The notes beneath the pieces are model-generated. The model made no database searches and was not told where the DNA came from. It was given only the letters and a program-made list of their open reading frames with translations. DNA of 64,000 nucleotides from an uncultured Hyphomicrobiales bacterium (GTDB taxonomy: Bacteria > Bacteroidota > Ignavibacteria > Kapaibacteriales > UBA2268). The DNA lies in contig CAZEMR010000005.1 of NCBI GenBank assembly GCA_964513465.1, positions 14,948 through 78,947 of the forward strand, read 5' to 3'. Shown here piece after piece: positions 1-8,263 of this stretch. The first letter of the stretch is position 1; every line of letters starts with the position of its first letter. Position numbers and translations under genes: made by a program.

Positions 1-1
1 C

Positions 2-1135
2 GGCGGCCCGGGCCATTTCGATTCATTATGGCCTGCTTATATATTTTTAATAATCACAATGGCCCTCAATTTCTATGTGCTGGGGCGCGGAATCAGCCGG
101 GGGATCGAGATATTCGCCAAAATCGCAATGCCTATGCTGCTTCTGTTCGGCGTTGCGCTTGCCGTATGGGTATTCACAGTCGGCGCGCCCGATCCGGTCA
201 ATCACCCCGACCGCACGGTTGCAAAGGGCTTTGCGTTTATATGGAATCCCGACTTCAGCTTATTGAGCGACAGCAGCATCTGGCTGGCCGCAGCCGGCCA
301 GGTATTCTTTACGCTCAGCGTCGGAATGGGCACGCTTCAGGCATACGCAAGCTATTTGCCGCAGGATACCGACATCGCGCTTAGCGGCCTTGCCACCGCA
401 TCCATCAACGAATTCACCGAAGTCGTGCTCGGCGGAACGATCGCCATACCGATTGCTGTAGCGTTCTTCGGATTGGTGCAAACCCAGATGATAGCCTCGG
501 GCGACGCCTACGACCTCGGCTTCGTATCCATGCCGGTGATATTCCAGCAGATCCCATTCGGCAATCTGCTCGGTTTTATGTGGTTCTTCCTGCTATTTTT
601 CGCCGGGATAACCAGCTCGGTGGCTATGGCCCAGCCGCTGATCTCGTTCCTAAAGGAGCAGTTCCATCTGACCCATCGCAAAGCGACATGGATAATTGCA
701 TCGCTTATATTCATATCCGTCCATTTCGTGATGTTTTATTACCAATACGGATTCCTCGAAGAAATGGACTACTGGGCCGGCACGTTTGCGCTGGTCATAG
801 TGGCTCTGGTCGAAGTCATCGTATTTGCATGGATATTCGGCATCGACAACGGCTGGCGAGAGCTTACGCGCGGCGCCGACATCAAGGTGCCCCGATTCTT
901 CCGGCATGTTATCAAATACGTGACTCCGGCATATCTGCTGTTCATCCTCATATTCTGGACATGGCAGGAAGCAATCCCGACATTTATGATGGAAAAAGTC
1001 GACCCCGGAGAAATCACTTATCGCTGGGGCTCACGCGCCATGATGCTGGCGATACTGATAACGCTGCTGCTGATGATACGCGCAGGCTGGAAGCGCAACC
1101 AGAACAAAAATACTCATTTATATCCGGAGAAATAA
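2..1135 (+). CDS. NSS (neurotransmitter:sodium symporter) family sodium-dependent transporter, 5'-truncated at window edge
   Basis: Reading frame is open from nt 2, with no stop upstream of the listed Met at 59, so the gene begins before the window. Multiple hydrophobic TM segments. NSS-like TM6 region (QVFFTLSVGMGTLQAYASYLP) and FGNLLGFMWFFLLFFAGITSS. Stop TAA at 1133-1135. Confidence 0.8.
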   Translation, partial: GGPGHFDSLWPAYIFLIITMALNFYVLGRGISRGIEIFAKIAMPMLLLFGVALAVWVFTVGAPDPVNHPDRTVAKGFAFIWNPDFSLLSDSSIWLAAAGQVFFTLSVGMGTLQAYASYLPQDTDIALSGLATASINEFTEVVLGGTIAIPIAVAFFGLVQTQMIASGDAYDLGFVSMPVIFQQIPFGNLLGFMWFFLLFFAGITSSVAMAQPLISFLKEQFHLTHRKATWIIASLIFISVHFVMFYYQYGFLEEMDYWAGTFALVIVALVEVIVFAWIFGIDNGWRELTRGADIKVPRFFRHVIKYVTPAYLLFILIFWTWQEAIPTFMMEKVDPGEITYRWGSRAMMLAILITLLLMIRAGWKRNQNKNTHLYPEK

Positions 1136-1136
1136 T

Positions 1137-1262
1137 ATGCTTAGCGAACTAACTATTCCTGGATTGATTTTCTGGATAATCGGCTGGGGAGGCGTAAGCC
1201 TGATGGTCGGATACTGCATTTATAAAGTAATGCGCACCGGCCACCGCATCGACGAAGAATAG
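1137..1262 (+). CDS. MetS-like small membrane subunit of the NSS transporter (41 aa, not in the ORF track)
   Basis: ATG at 1137 lies 1 nt after the transporter stop, giving tight coupling. It encodes MLSELTIPGLIFWIIGWGGVSLMVGYCIYKVMRTGHRIDEE, a single TM helix with GWGG plus a basic tail. This is typical of the small subunits found downstream of MetP-type NSS transporters. Confidence 0.5.
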   Translation: MLSELTIPGLIFWIIGWGGVSLMVGYCIYKVMRTGHRIDEE

Positions 1263-1357
1263 CCCCTTTCGGCGAATTATGAAAATAATCCACCGATTCC
1301 AACGTGCTTATATAAATATAAGACCATTTTTCAATCTCTGAAATTTCCAGATTAATT

Positions 1358-2134
1358 ATGAATAAAAAAAGAGCAGGCCGCGGCCCAAAATTACCCCGGC
1401 CAACCCGGAAAGATACGTCCTCCGGATTAGTAAGATTAAACAAATTTCTCGCCGACGCAGGAATTGCATCGCGCCGCAAAGCCGACGAAATTATTGAATC
1501 AGGCGCAGTCAAAGTAAACAGCAAAGTCGTCACCGAGCTTGGCACAAAAGTGCGGCTCTCGGATTTTGTCACCGTCAAAGGCGATCCCGTCAGTATGCCC
1601 GAGAAAGATGTATATATTTTATTAAATAAGCCAAAAGATTATATCACAACGACTAAGGACGAATTCAACCGCAAAACGGTGATGGACATCGTCCGCAAAA
1701 AGCAGCGCCTCTTTCCGGTCGGGCGGCTCGACCGCAACACCACCGGCGCGCTGCTGATAACCAACGATGGCGAGCTGGCACACCGGCTGACACATCCCTC
1801 GTACCAGATAGTGCGCTCATATGCCGTGCGGCTCGACAAACCGCTCGAAACAGAGCACGCTTACAAAATTGCAAAAGGCGTGGAGTTCGAAGATTTCAAA
1901 AGCGCAACCGCTGAGATATTAATCGACCCCAAAGACAAAACCCAGGTTTTTATCAGCCTGATCGAAGGCAAAAACCACGAAGTAAAACGACTGTTCGAGC
2001 ACTTCGACTATCGCGTTAAACAGCTCGACCGCAAAAGCTTCGCCACTTTGGATACAGCCGGCCTCAGGCGCGGCGAATACCGCCATCTGCAAGGCCGCGA
2101 AATAGCCAATCTGAGGCGTTTGGTCGGATTATAA
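1358..2134 (+). CDS. rRNA pseudouridine synthase, RsuA/RluB family (S4 domain plus PseudoU_synth_2)
   Basis: N-terminal S4-like segment (LNKFLADAGIASRRKADEIIESGAVKVN). Catalytic motif RLDRNTTGALLITNDGELAHRL. Confidence 0.85.
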   Translation: MNKKRAGRGPKLPRPTRKDTSSGLVRLNKFLADAGIASRRKADEIIESGAVKVNSKVVTELGTKVRLSDFVTVKGDPVSMPEKDVYILLNKPKDYITTTKDEFNRKTVMDIVRKKQRLFPVGRLDRNTTGALLITNDGELAHRLTHPSYQIVRSYAVRLDKPLETEHAYKIAKGVEFEDFKSATAEILIDPKDKTQVFISLIEGKNHEVKRLFEHFDYRVKQLDRKSFATLDTAGLRRGEYRHLQGREIANLRRLVGL

Positions 2135-2168
2135 TAATTATATCGTAATTTTAAACAATATCAGAGTA

Positions 2169-2642
2169 TTGGAAATGATCCGAAAATTATTGCTGATAAT
2201 CATTTGCATTGGAATTGCATTCCCTGTATTTGCACAAACCGACATACCCGAATTCCCTATTGAGCGCAGAGCAAATATCAATATACCGCCGGAAATTAAG
2301 GATAGAACGGAACAATTTTTTAATACAATTCTCGAAGGCCGCGTTGAGTCTGCCTACCGCCAGTTTCTTAAAAACAGTCCGCTTGCCGAAAAAGAAAGCG
2401 ATATTGCCAATCTGATCACCGAAACCCGCAAATCATTCGAGCTTTACGGCAAAGCGCTGGAATTCGAGGCGGTCGAGGCCGAATACGTGACACCCTCTTA
2501 TATTCGATTGAAATACCTCGGGCTTAACGAGGATTATCCCACGCGATGGATGTTCACATTCTATAAATCACCATCCAAAGGATGGATCGTCACACAAGTC
2601 AAATTCGACGACCTTGCTCAATTCTATTTTTCTGATCAATAA
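2169..2642 (+). CDS. Hypothetical secreted protein (signal peptide)
   Basis: N-terminal hydrophobic leader MEMIRKLLLIIICIGIAFPVFAQ. No recognisable domain. Confidence 0.45.
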   Translation: MEMIRKLLLIIICIGIAFPVFAQTDIPEFPIERRANINIPPEIKDRTEQFFNTILEGRVESAYRQFLKNSPLAEKESDIANLITETRKSFELYGKALEFEAVEAEYVTPSYIRLKYLGLNEDYPTRWMFTFYKSPSKGWIVTQVKFDDLAQFYFSDQ

Positions 2643-2659
2643 CCCACAGGAGGTTATCC

Positions 2660-3367
2660 ATGCAAAACCGCAGACAATTTCTTACCGCAGCCGGCGCTAT
2701 GGCGGTCGCTACCGCTGCCTCGGGTGCATTCCCGGAGCCGGCTTCCGCACAGGACAAATCAGGCGGCTACGCCAACCACAAGCTCCCGCCGCTCCCTTAT
2801 GACTACAATGCGCTGGAGCCCGTCATCGACGAAACAACGCTCAGAACCCACCACGATATCCACCACCAGGGATACGTCAACGGCCTGAACAACGCCGAAG
2901 AGCAGCTTGCTATCGCACGAGTCAAAGGCGACTTTTCGATGGTCGATTACTGGTCGCAAAAATCCGCATTCCACGGCGGCGGCCACACTTTGCACTCGCT
3001 ATACTGGAAGTCAATGTCGCCCGATGGCGGAGGAATGCCAACCGGCAAAATTGCAGAGGCCATTTCGAAAAGCTTCGGCACATTCGACAAATTCAAACAG
3101 CAATTCTCCGCAGCGGCCAAATCCGTCGAGGGCAGCGGCTGGGCCATACTCGCGGCGCGCCCCGGAGACGACACTCTGCTCGTATTCCAGGTGGAAAACC
3201 ACCAGAAGCAGATTCCCCCGAATATAATGCCAATCATGGCAATCGACGTCTGGGAGCACGCCTACTATTTGAAATATATGAACAAACGCGGCGACTACGT
3301 CGACAAATGGTGGGACATCGCCAACTGGGAGCAGGCCGAGCAGTGCATGATGCGCCACAAAAAATAA
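2660..3367 (+). CDS. Fe/Mn superoxide dismutase with twin-arginine (Tat) signal peptide
   Basis: Tat motif RRQFLTAAGAMAVATAASG...ASAQ. SOD metal-binding motifs HHDIHHQGYVNGLN and DVWEHAYYLKY. Confidence 0.9.
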   Translation: MQNRRQFLTAAGAMAVATAASGAFPEPASAQDKSGGYANHKLPPLPYDYNALEPVIDETTLRTHHDIHHQGYVNGLNNAEEQLAIARVKGDFSMVDYWSQKSAFHGGGHTLHSLYWKSMSPDGGGMPTGKIAEAISKSFGTFDKFKQQFSAAAKSVEGSGWAILAARPGDDTLLVFQVENHQKQIPPNIMPIMAIDVWEHAYYLKYMNKRGDYVDKWWDIANWEQAEQCMMRHKK

Positions 3368-3424
3368 TCCGATTAACGCACAATCAAAAGGGGCAGCCGA
3401 ATCATCCGGCCGCCCCTTTTTAAA
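3312..3424. repeat. Direct repeat copy 1 (113 bp): native 3' end of sod plus its terminator
   Basis: Identical to 4848-4960 by direct comparison of the two stretches. Confidence 0.9.
3386..3424 (+). terminator. Rho-independent terminator of sod (GC hairpin plus T-run); part of direct repeat copy 1
   Basis: aaaaGGGGCAGCCGaatcatcCGGCCGCCCCttttt. Confidence 0.7.
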
Positions 3425-3443
3425 ATGACATTAATTCATATAA

Positions 3444-4748
3444 CTAATTTGTTTGAAGGTGGCCTTCTTTTTTCAATAATGAGATAGTTTCATTATATTC
3501 TTTTGCCTCAGCAATTTTTGTGAATTCAATTTTAGAACCATTGTGATTTGCAATTTGTTCAATTTCATTAAGAGTAACTCGGAAAAATTCTTTTCTAATA
3601 TTGATCCGGTTAACTCTCATTCTATCAAATGCTTTATGTAATTTATTTTCCAATTCCGGGGCATTATCAGAATAAATCATGGCATGAACATCGAAAGGGA
3701 AAGGTACAGATGCGTCGCCTAGTTCTTTAACTCTATCTAACGGATCAAGTCGGCGAGTCATACCAATTTTATATACATCTTTTCCGAAGGAGCCAATATT
3801 TGAAATAATATAAACATGACCGGATTTTGTAAGTTCTGCCTGTGAAATAGCTCTTTGGTTTTTCTCTTCGGCTTCTTTTAATTTTTCTTCAAGTTCAGTC
3901 ATTTTTTGCTGTATAGAGCTAATCTCTTCATCGGAAGCAATTTCCATTTCTTTTCTGGCTTGCTCAAGAGCCCGTATATACTGCTGTTCTTCCATTTGGG
4001 CTTCTTTTAATGCTTTTTCAATTTCTTGCTTCCGTCTGGCTTCTTCTTTCATCATTTCGCGAATTTCTCTTTGTTCTTCACGTTCTTCTTCCTTTTTCTC
4101 ATGATATTCATGAACAAGTTTTAGCTCTTCGATTTTTAAATTCAGGTAATCTACCGTAATATCACTATTTATACGAGTGGCAAGTTTATTAATTATTTCG
4201 AAATTTTTATTAATTCTTTCAATCATTTTAGTAATATTTTTATAGTTGACCTGGGAAGTGGCAGCGTCACATTCACCATTAAATGCCCTTAGCATTAATT
4301 TAAGATTTTCATTCGCCATTTTTTTGCCCTCGGCTTTGCTGCCGCCTAATGTCCATTCCGAATGGCACACCACTGCGGTCTTGTTCCTGATCATTGATTT
4401 TTGCTTTTCTCTTATTTCACTGATTTTTGATTTATATAATTCAGAATTTTCGAAGTTATATTCCGGTTCGTAATATCCGAATTCTATTGCTTCTTCATCT
4501 TCCTTAAAAATCGCGACGAGTTTTTTTAGATGTTCTCGTTCAGCTTCGAGAGCTTTGATTTCTTCTAAAAGAACTCTTTTTTTGGCGTTTATTTCTTCGT
4601 ATTCTTTTTCCGTATCTTCAATTTTTTGGTAGGGCTCAAAACGTTTTTTTAAGGTGTTTTTCTCTTTCAGTAGAGTAAATAAATATATCAGCACACAGAT
4701 TAAGACTAATAATAAAAATAATACCATATCGAGACTCCTATAAAACAA
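3444..4748 (-). CDS. Membrane-anchored DUF4041 coiled-coil protein with C-terminal T5orf172 / GIY-YIG-like nuclease domain (SNIPE-like candidate anti-phage nuclease)
   Basis: N-terminal TM helix (MVLFLLLVLICVLIYLFTLL). About 250 aa of E/K-rich coiled coil. C-terminal GHVYIISNIGSFGKDVYKIGMTRRLDPLDRVKELG...LHKAFDRMRVNRINIRKEFFRVTLNEIEQI, matching the T5orf172 (GIY-YIG-like) pattern. Strongly AT-rich codon usage unlike the neighbouring genes. Confidence 0.8.
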   Translation of the reverse strand: MFYRSLDMVLFLLLVLICVLIYLFTLLKEKNTLKKRFEPYQKIEDTEKEYEEINAKKRVLLEEIKALEAEREHLKKLVAIFKEDEEAIEFGYYEPEYNFENSELYKSKISEIREKQKSMIRNKTAVVCHSEWTLGGSKAEGKKMANENLKLMLRAFNGECDAATSQVNYKNITKMIERINKNFEIINKLATRINSDITVDYLNLKIEELKLVHEYHEKKEEEREEQREIREMMKEEARRKQEIEKALKEAQMEEQQYIRALEQARKEMEIASDEEISSIQQKMTELEEKLKEAEEKNQRAISQAELTKSGHVYIISNIGSFGKDVYKIGMTRRLDPLDRVKELGDASVPFPFDVHAMIYSDNAPELENKLHKAFDRMRVNRINIRKEFFRVTLNEIEQIANHNGSKIEFTKIAEAKEYNETISLLKKEGHLQTN

Positions 4749-4847
4749 ATAATTATGATATCATAAACTAATAATATTTTTTTATTTTTACTAAAAATTT
4801 CTTATTTCGCAAGATAATAAAGAGAATTTTGTATTAATTTGCGTAAG

Positions 4848-4960
4848 GGGACATCGCCAACTGGGAGCAGGCCGAGCAGTGCATGATGCGCCACAAAAAA
4901 TAATCCGATTAACGCACAATCAAAAGGGGCAGCCGAATCATCCGGCCGCCCCTTTTTAAA
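4848..4960. repeat. Direct repeat copy 2 (113 bp): duplicated sod 3' fragment (last 17 codons) plus terminator, now abutting the 3' end of the minus-strand OMP gene
   Basis: Exact copy of 3312-3424. The sod fragment here has no upstream coding sequence. Confidence 0.9.
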
Positions 4961-4979
4961 TAGCTTATATATAAATGAC

Positions 4980-5642
4980 CTAGAAGTAAATGCCGAGGGT
5001 CAGGGTGTAGTATGCCTTGGCTTCCTCGTCGCTTTCCTTGCCAATCAGATTGGCCTGATTGTATTTGCCCTCGAGATTGATCGTCAGAAGGCCGAGATCG
5101 AGGTCGGCGCCTGCGCCGAGTCCGAACCCAACGCGGTTATCCGTCGGCGAACTCGACAGCGGAATCGGAATGCCCTCGGATTCGTAATCCACCGAGGATG
5201 TTATATAATTATATGTCAGATCGCCGGTGGCGTAAACCCCGATGAAACTGCGCAAAAGATAGAAATTAATACCAGCGCCGATCGGGATAATATTCTGCGA
5301 CGATTTGAGAGTTGTCAGCACTTCGCCGGTTTCGGGATCAGTGACGTAGATATCGGTCTGCGGGAATTTGTTCCATGCGATACTTCCGACGAAAAGGACG
5401 TTGTCGGTCAGGCTCACACGGGCTTTCATTCCGATATGGTAGCCGGCTTTTGTGCCGTCTCGAACGAAATTGCGGGCAGAGTCGTTGTCTTCGAATCTGT
5501 CGCGGTTGTAAATATCATTGACCTGATCATTGGGTGTCGATAGTCCGAGGTGGAATCCGATATCGACCTGGGCATGAAGCCCGAATGCGGGAGCAAGCAT
5601 AAATGCTGCTGCAATGAGGAAAAATTTGATTGATTTGTACAT
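4980..5642 (-). CDS. Outer-membrane beta-barrel protein (OmpA-like/porin-family barrel, OMP_b-brl type)
   Basis: Signal peptide MYKSIKFFLIAAAFMLAPAFGLHAQ. Alternating amphipathic strands. C-terminal aromatic residue (…LGIYF). Confidence 0.7.
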   Translation of the reverse strand: MYKSIKFFLIAAAFMLAPAFGLHAQVDIGFHLGLSTPNDQVNDIYNRDRFEDNDSARNFVRDGTKAGYHIGMKARVSLTDNVLFVGSIAWNKFPQTDIYVTDPETGEVLTTLKSSQNIIPIGAGINFYLLRSFIGVYATGDLTYNYITSSVDYESEGIPIPLSSSPTDNRVGFGLGAGADLDLGLLTINLEGKYNQANLIGKESDEEAKAYYTLTLGIYF

Positions 5643-5803
5643 AAGGTCTCCAAAAATTTATAAACAAAAATAGGTTTCCGGAGAGAAAAGTAAAAAAAAT
5701 TATAAATGAGGCCGGAATTGATGCGTCAATATCTCAAATGCAAATTAATGAAATAATTGTTATCTTGCGAAAAAGAAATTTCAGCATCTATAAATATATA
5801 GGA

Positions 5804-7750
5804 ATGGCAATGAGGAAAATTATTTTAATCGCAGCATCACTGCTTTTGATCGCAAGCATGCTTTTAGCCCAGGAAAACGAGAGCCGAACAAGGCTGGGCG
5901 CATTTCTCGGCGGGAATTTTAATATGCACAGCCCCACGATGGAATATGATTATTCGCTCACAGGCGGCGGCAATTCGATATTCGATTTCGATCAGAACTC
6001 CACCAGTCTCGGCATTAACGGCGGGCTGATCGGCATTTTTCCGCTGAACCGCATACTCTCGATTTCGGGCCGTATCGGCTACCACGGCATGGGCGCCACG
6101 CTCGAAGGCCGCCAGGCGGGAATCGTTAATCCCGACGCCAACGAGATGGACGTCTCGCTTCATTATCTCGAAATTTCGCCTATTCTGCATTTTCATAATC
6201 TTATCCCCACAGAGGGCCTGTATTTCCTTGCCGGAATTGAAGTCGGAGTGCCGATTGTGGCCAATTACAACTGGCCTGTGGTATATGACGACGGCACCGG
6301 CGCCGCAACGCTCGAAACCATCGACTCTGATATCCCCGACAAAAGCGTCCGAGTGGCGTTTGCCCTCGGCGCGGGGTATGATATTCAATTAAGCAAAGAC
6401 ATGTTCCTGACGCCCGAGGTGTCCTTCCGGCTGCCGATGACCAATGTGTCGGCCAATGATAATTTTATGACATGGAACGTGCCGCAGCTCCGGCTTGGCG
6501 TTAATCTGACATTCTCCCTCGGCGGCGACGAAGAGGCAGCCGAATACGAAGATCATTTCCTCGAAGTCGGATTCGAAGACGTCCGCTATTACGACCAGAC
6601 GGGCGCTCCGCGCAAATTGGACAAAATCACGGTCGAGGAAGTCCAATACACCGAGATGTTTCCGATTGTGCCCTATGTATTCTGCGCAGAAAATCAGGCG
6701 AAGCCCGCACCTGCCACCCAGGATCTGGCCGCAGGCAGCGAAGCAGGCGAATTCACGATGAACAGCCTCAAACCCGACGCTCTCTCGATCAACCGCTCCA
6801 CGCTCGATATAATCGGCCGCAGGATGCAGGAAAACGAGCGCTACCAGGTGACCATCACCGGCACCCGCGACAGCAAAGCCGAACAGGGCAAGGAAGACCT
6901 TTCGTCGAACAGAGCGGAATTTGCAAAAAAATATCTTGTAGATAATTATAATATTATGCCCGGACGAATCACAACCAAAAGCCGCGGCCTGCCCGAAAAG
7001 GCATCCTCGACCCGCGTGCCCGACGGAGTCGCCGAAAACCGCCGGATCGAATTCACCAGCCCCAGCGGCGACCTTCTGAAGCCGATCACAATCGAGCGCG
7101 ACAAGCAGACAGTCGCCGAGCCGCGCATGATCGAATTCATCCCGTACACCGTCACCACCGACTTGGTCACAAGATGGCAGCTCGAAATAGTCCAGGCCGA
7201 CAAAACGATCCAGGACTACCGCGGCGCCGGATTCCCCGATACTCTGCAGTGGCTGATCATGCCCAACCAGCTTCAGCCCAGCCAGATACCGCTGGATTAT
7301 ATATTCACCGCCGAGACCGATTACGGAATGAAGGAAATGGCCACCGGCTCGATCCCGGTAGAATACTACTCGATTACACGCAAGAAAACCGAAGACCGCC
7401 CGGACAAAACGATATCGAAATTCAGCCTCATCGTGTTTGATTTCGACAGCCCGGAAGTATCCGCAAAGGATCGCGAAATTATTAACGACAACGTAATTCC
7501 CGCGATTAAATATAATTCAACGGTGCAGATATACGGATATACCGACCGCATCGGCGAGGATGAATACAACAAACGCCTTGCGAAATCGCGCGCCGAAAAC
7601 GTACGCAAAATACTCGAGAAAAGCGCCCCCACCGCGCAGTTCGAGGTCTATGGCGTTGGCGAGAACATCCTGCTCTACAACAACGAACTGCCCACCGGGC
7701 GCCACCTGTCGCGCACGGTGCAGATATACGTAATCACCCCAAAGGAATAG
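5804..7750 (+). CDS. OmpA family outer-membrane protein (N-terminal beta-barrel, central domain, C-terminal OmpA peptidoglycan-binding domain)
   Basis: Probable start MAMRKIILIAASLLLIASMLLAQ (ORF track Met at 5738 lies upstream). C-terminal OmpA_C signature (…NKRLAKSRAENVRKILEK…RHLSRTVQIYV). The TDRIGEDEYN segment aligns to the OmpA_C consensus region that usually reads GHTD. Confidence 0.75.
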   Translation: MAMRKIILIAASLLLIASMLLAQENESRTRLGAFLGGNFNMHSPTMEYDYSLTGGGNSIFDFDQNSTSLGINGGLIGIFPLNRILSISGRIGYHGMGATLEGRQAGIVNPDANEMDVSLHYLEISPILHFHNLIPTEGLYFLAGIEVGVPIVANYNWPVVYDDGTGAATLETIDSDIPDKSVRVAFALGAGYDIQLSKDMFLTPEVSFRLPMTNVSANDNFMTWNVPQLRLGVNLTFSLGGDEEAAEYEDHFLEVGFEDVRYYDQTGAPRKLDKITVEEVQYTEMFPIVPYVFCAENQAKPAPATQDLAAGSEAGEFTMNSLKPDALSINRSTLDIIGRRMQENERYQVTITGTRDSKAEQGKEDLSSNRAEFAKKYLVDNYNIMPGRITTKSRGLPEKASSTRVPDGVAENRRIEFTSPSGDLLKPITIERDKQTVAEPRMIEFIPYTVTTDLVTRWQLEIVQADKTIQDYRGAGFPDTLQWLIMPNQLQPSQIPLDYIFTAETDYGMKEMATGSIPVEYYSITRKKTEDRPDKTISKFSLIVFDFDSPEVSAKDREIINDNVIPAIKYNSTVQIYGYTDRIGEDEYNKRLAKSRAENVRKILEKSAPTAQFEVYGVGENILLYNNELPTGRHLSRTVQIYVITPKE

Positions 7751-7780
7751 TGTATAGCCCGAAAAATGATGTAAATACAA

Positions 7781-7816
7781 GGCTGCTTCGGAACTCTCCG
7801 GAGCAGCTTTTTTTGA
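7781..7816 (+). terminator. Rho-independent terminator after the OmpA-family gene
   Basis: GGCTGCTTCGGaactctCCGGAGCAGC followed by ttttttt. Confidence 0.65.
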
Positions 7817-7924
7817 TTAATCGTTTAAAAATATATGATTTTCTACTTGTATTAGGTTGGTCCTAAGAGTATATCGCAAATTTTACAAGTGTTCCGCACA
7901 ATAATGACCGGAATCTCAATTTAA

Positions 7925-8152
7925 AAAGCCTCGCCGAATCCTTCGCAGGACGAAACATTTATTTCATTTAATATTCCAGCAGGGGGCTTTGTCTCGCTGG
8001 ACATTTATGATATTTATGGGAAACGCCTGAATACACTAATCGACAATGAATTCATATCCGAAGGGCACAAAAGTATACGTCTGAATTCGGCTAAACTAAG
8101 CAATGGTATATATGTCTGCGTACTGAAATCAGGTGCTGAATTGAGCATATAA
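7925..8152 (+). pseudogene. Orphan T9SS C-terminal sorting domain (type A CTD) fragment with no start codon or upstream ORF
   Basis: Open frame KASPNPSQDETFISFNIPAGGFVSLDIYDIYGKRLNTLIDNEFISEGHKSIRLNSAKLSNGIYVCVLKSGAELSI* matches the Por secretion tail pattern. An in-frame TAA sits at 7922 and no ATG is present. Confidence 0.6.
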
Positions 8153-8176
8153 GATTGATGATTATGAGATAATTTC

Positions 8177-8216
8177 GTCAAAATTCCCAACTAAAAAAGG
8201 GATGTGGCCGATGCCT
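8177..8216. terminator. Probable bidirectional terminator between the CTD fragment (+) and the Rieske-like gene (-)
   Basis: aaaaAAGGGATGtggccgatgcctCATCCCTTaattttttt. Confidence 0.55.
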
Positions 8217-8263
8217 CATCCCTTAATTTTTTTGATATGCTGCTTTGTCGGTGCCGGATAAAA

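Noticed and set aside
28-384. 118-aa ORF at the window start
   Set aside because: Alternative frame inside the NSS transporter gene, whose frame is open to nt 2 and has transporter motifs.
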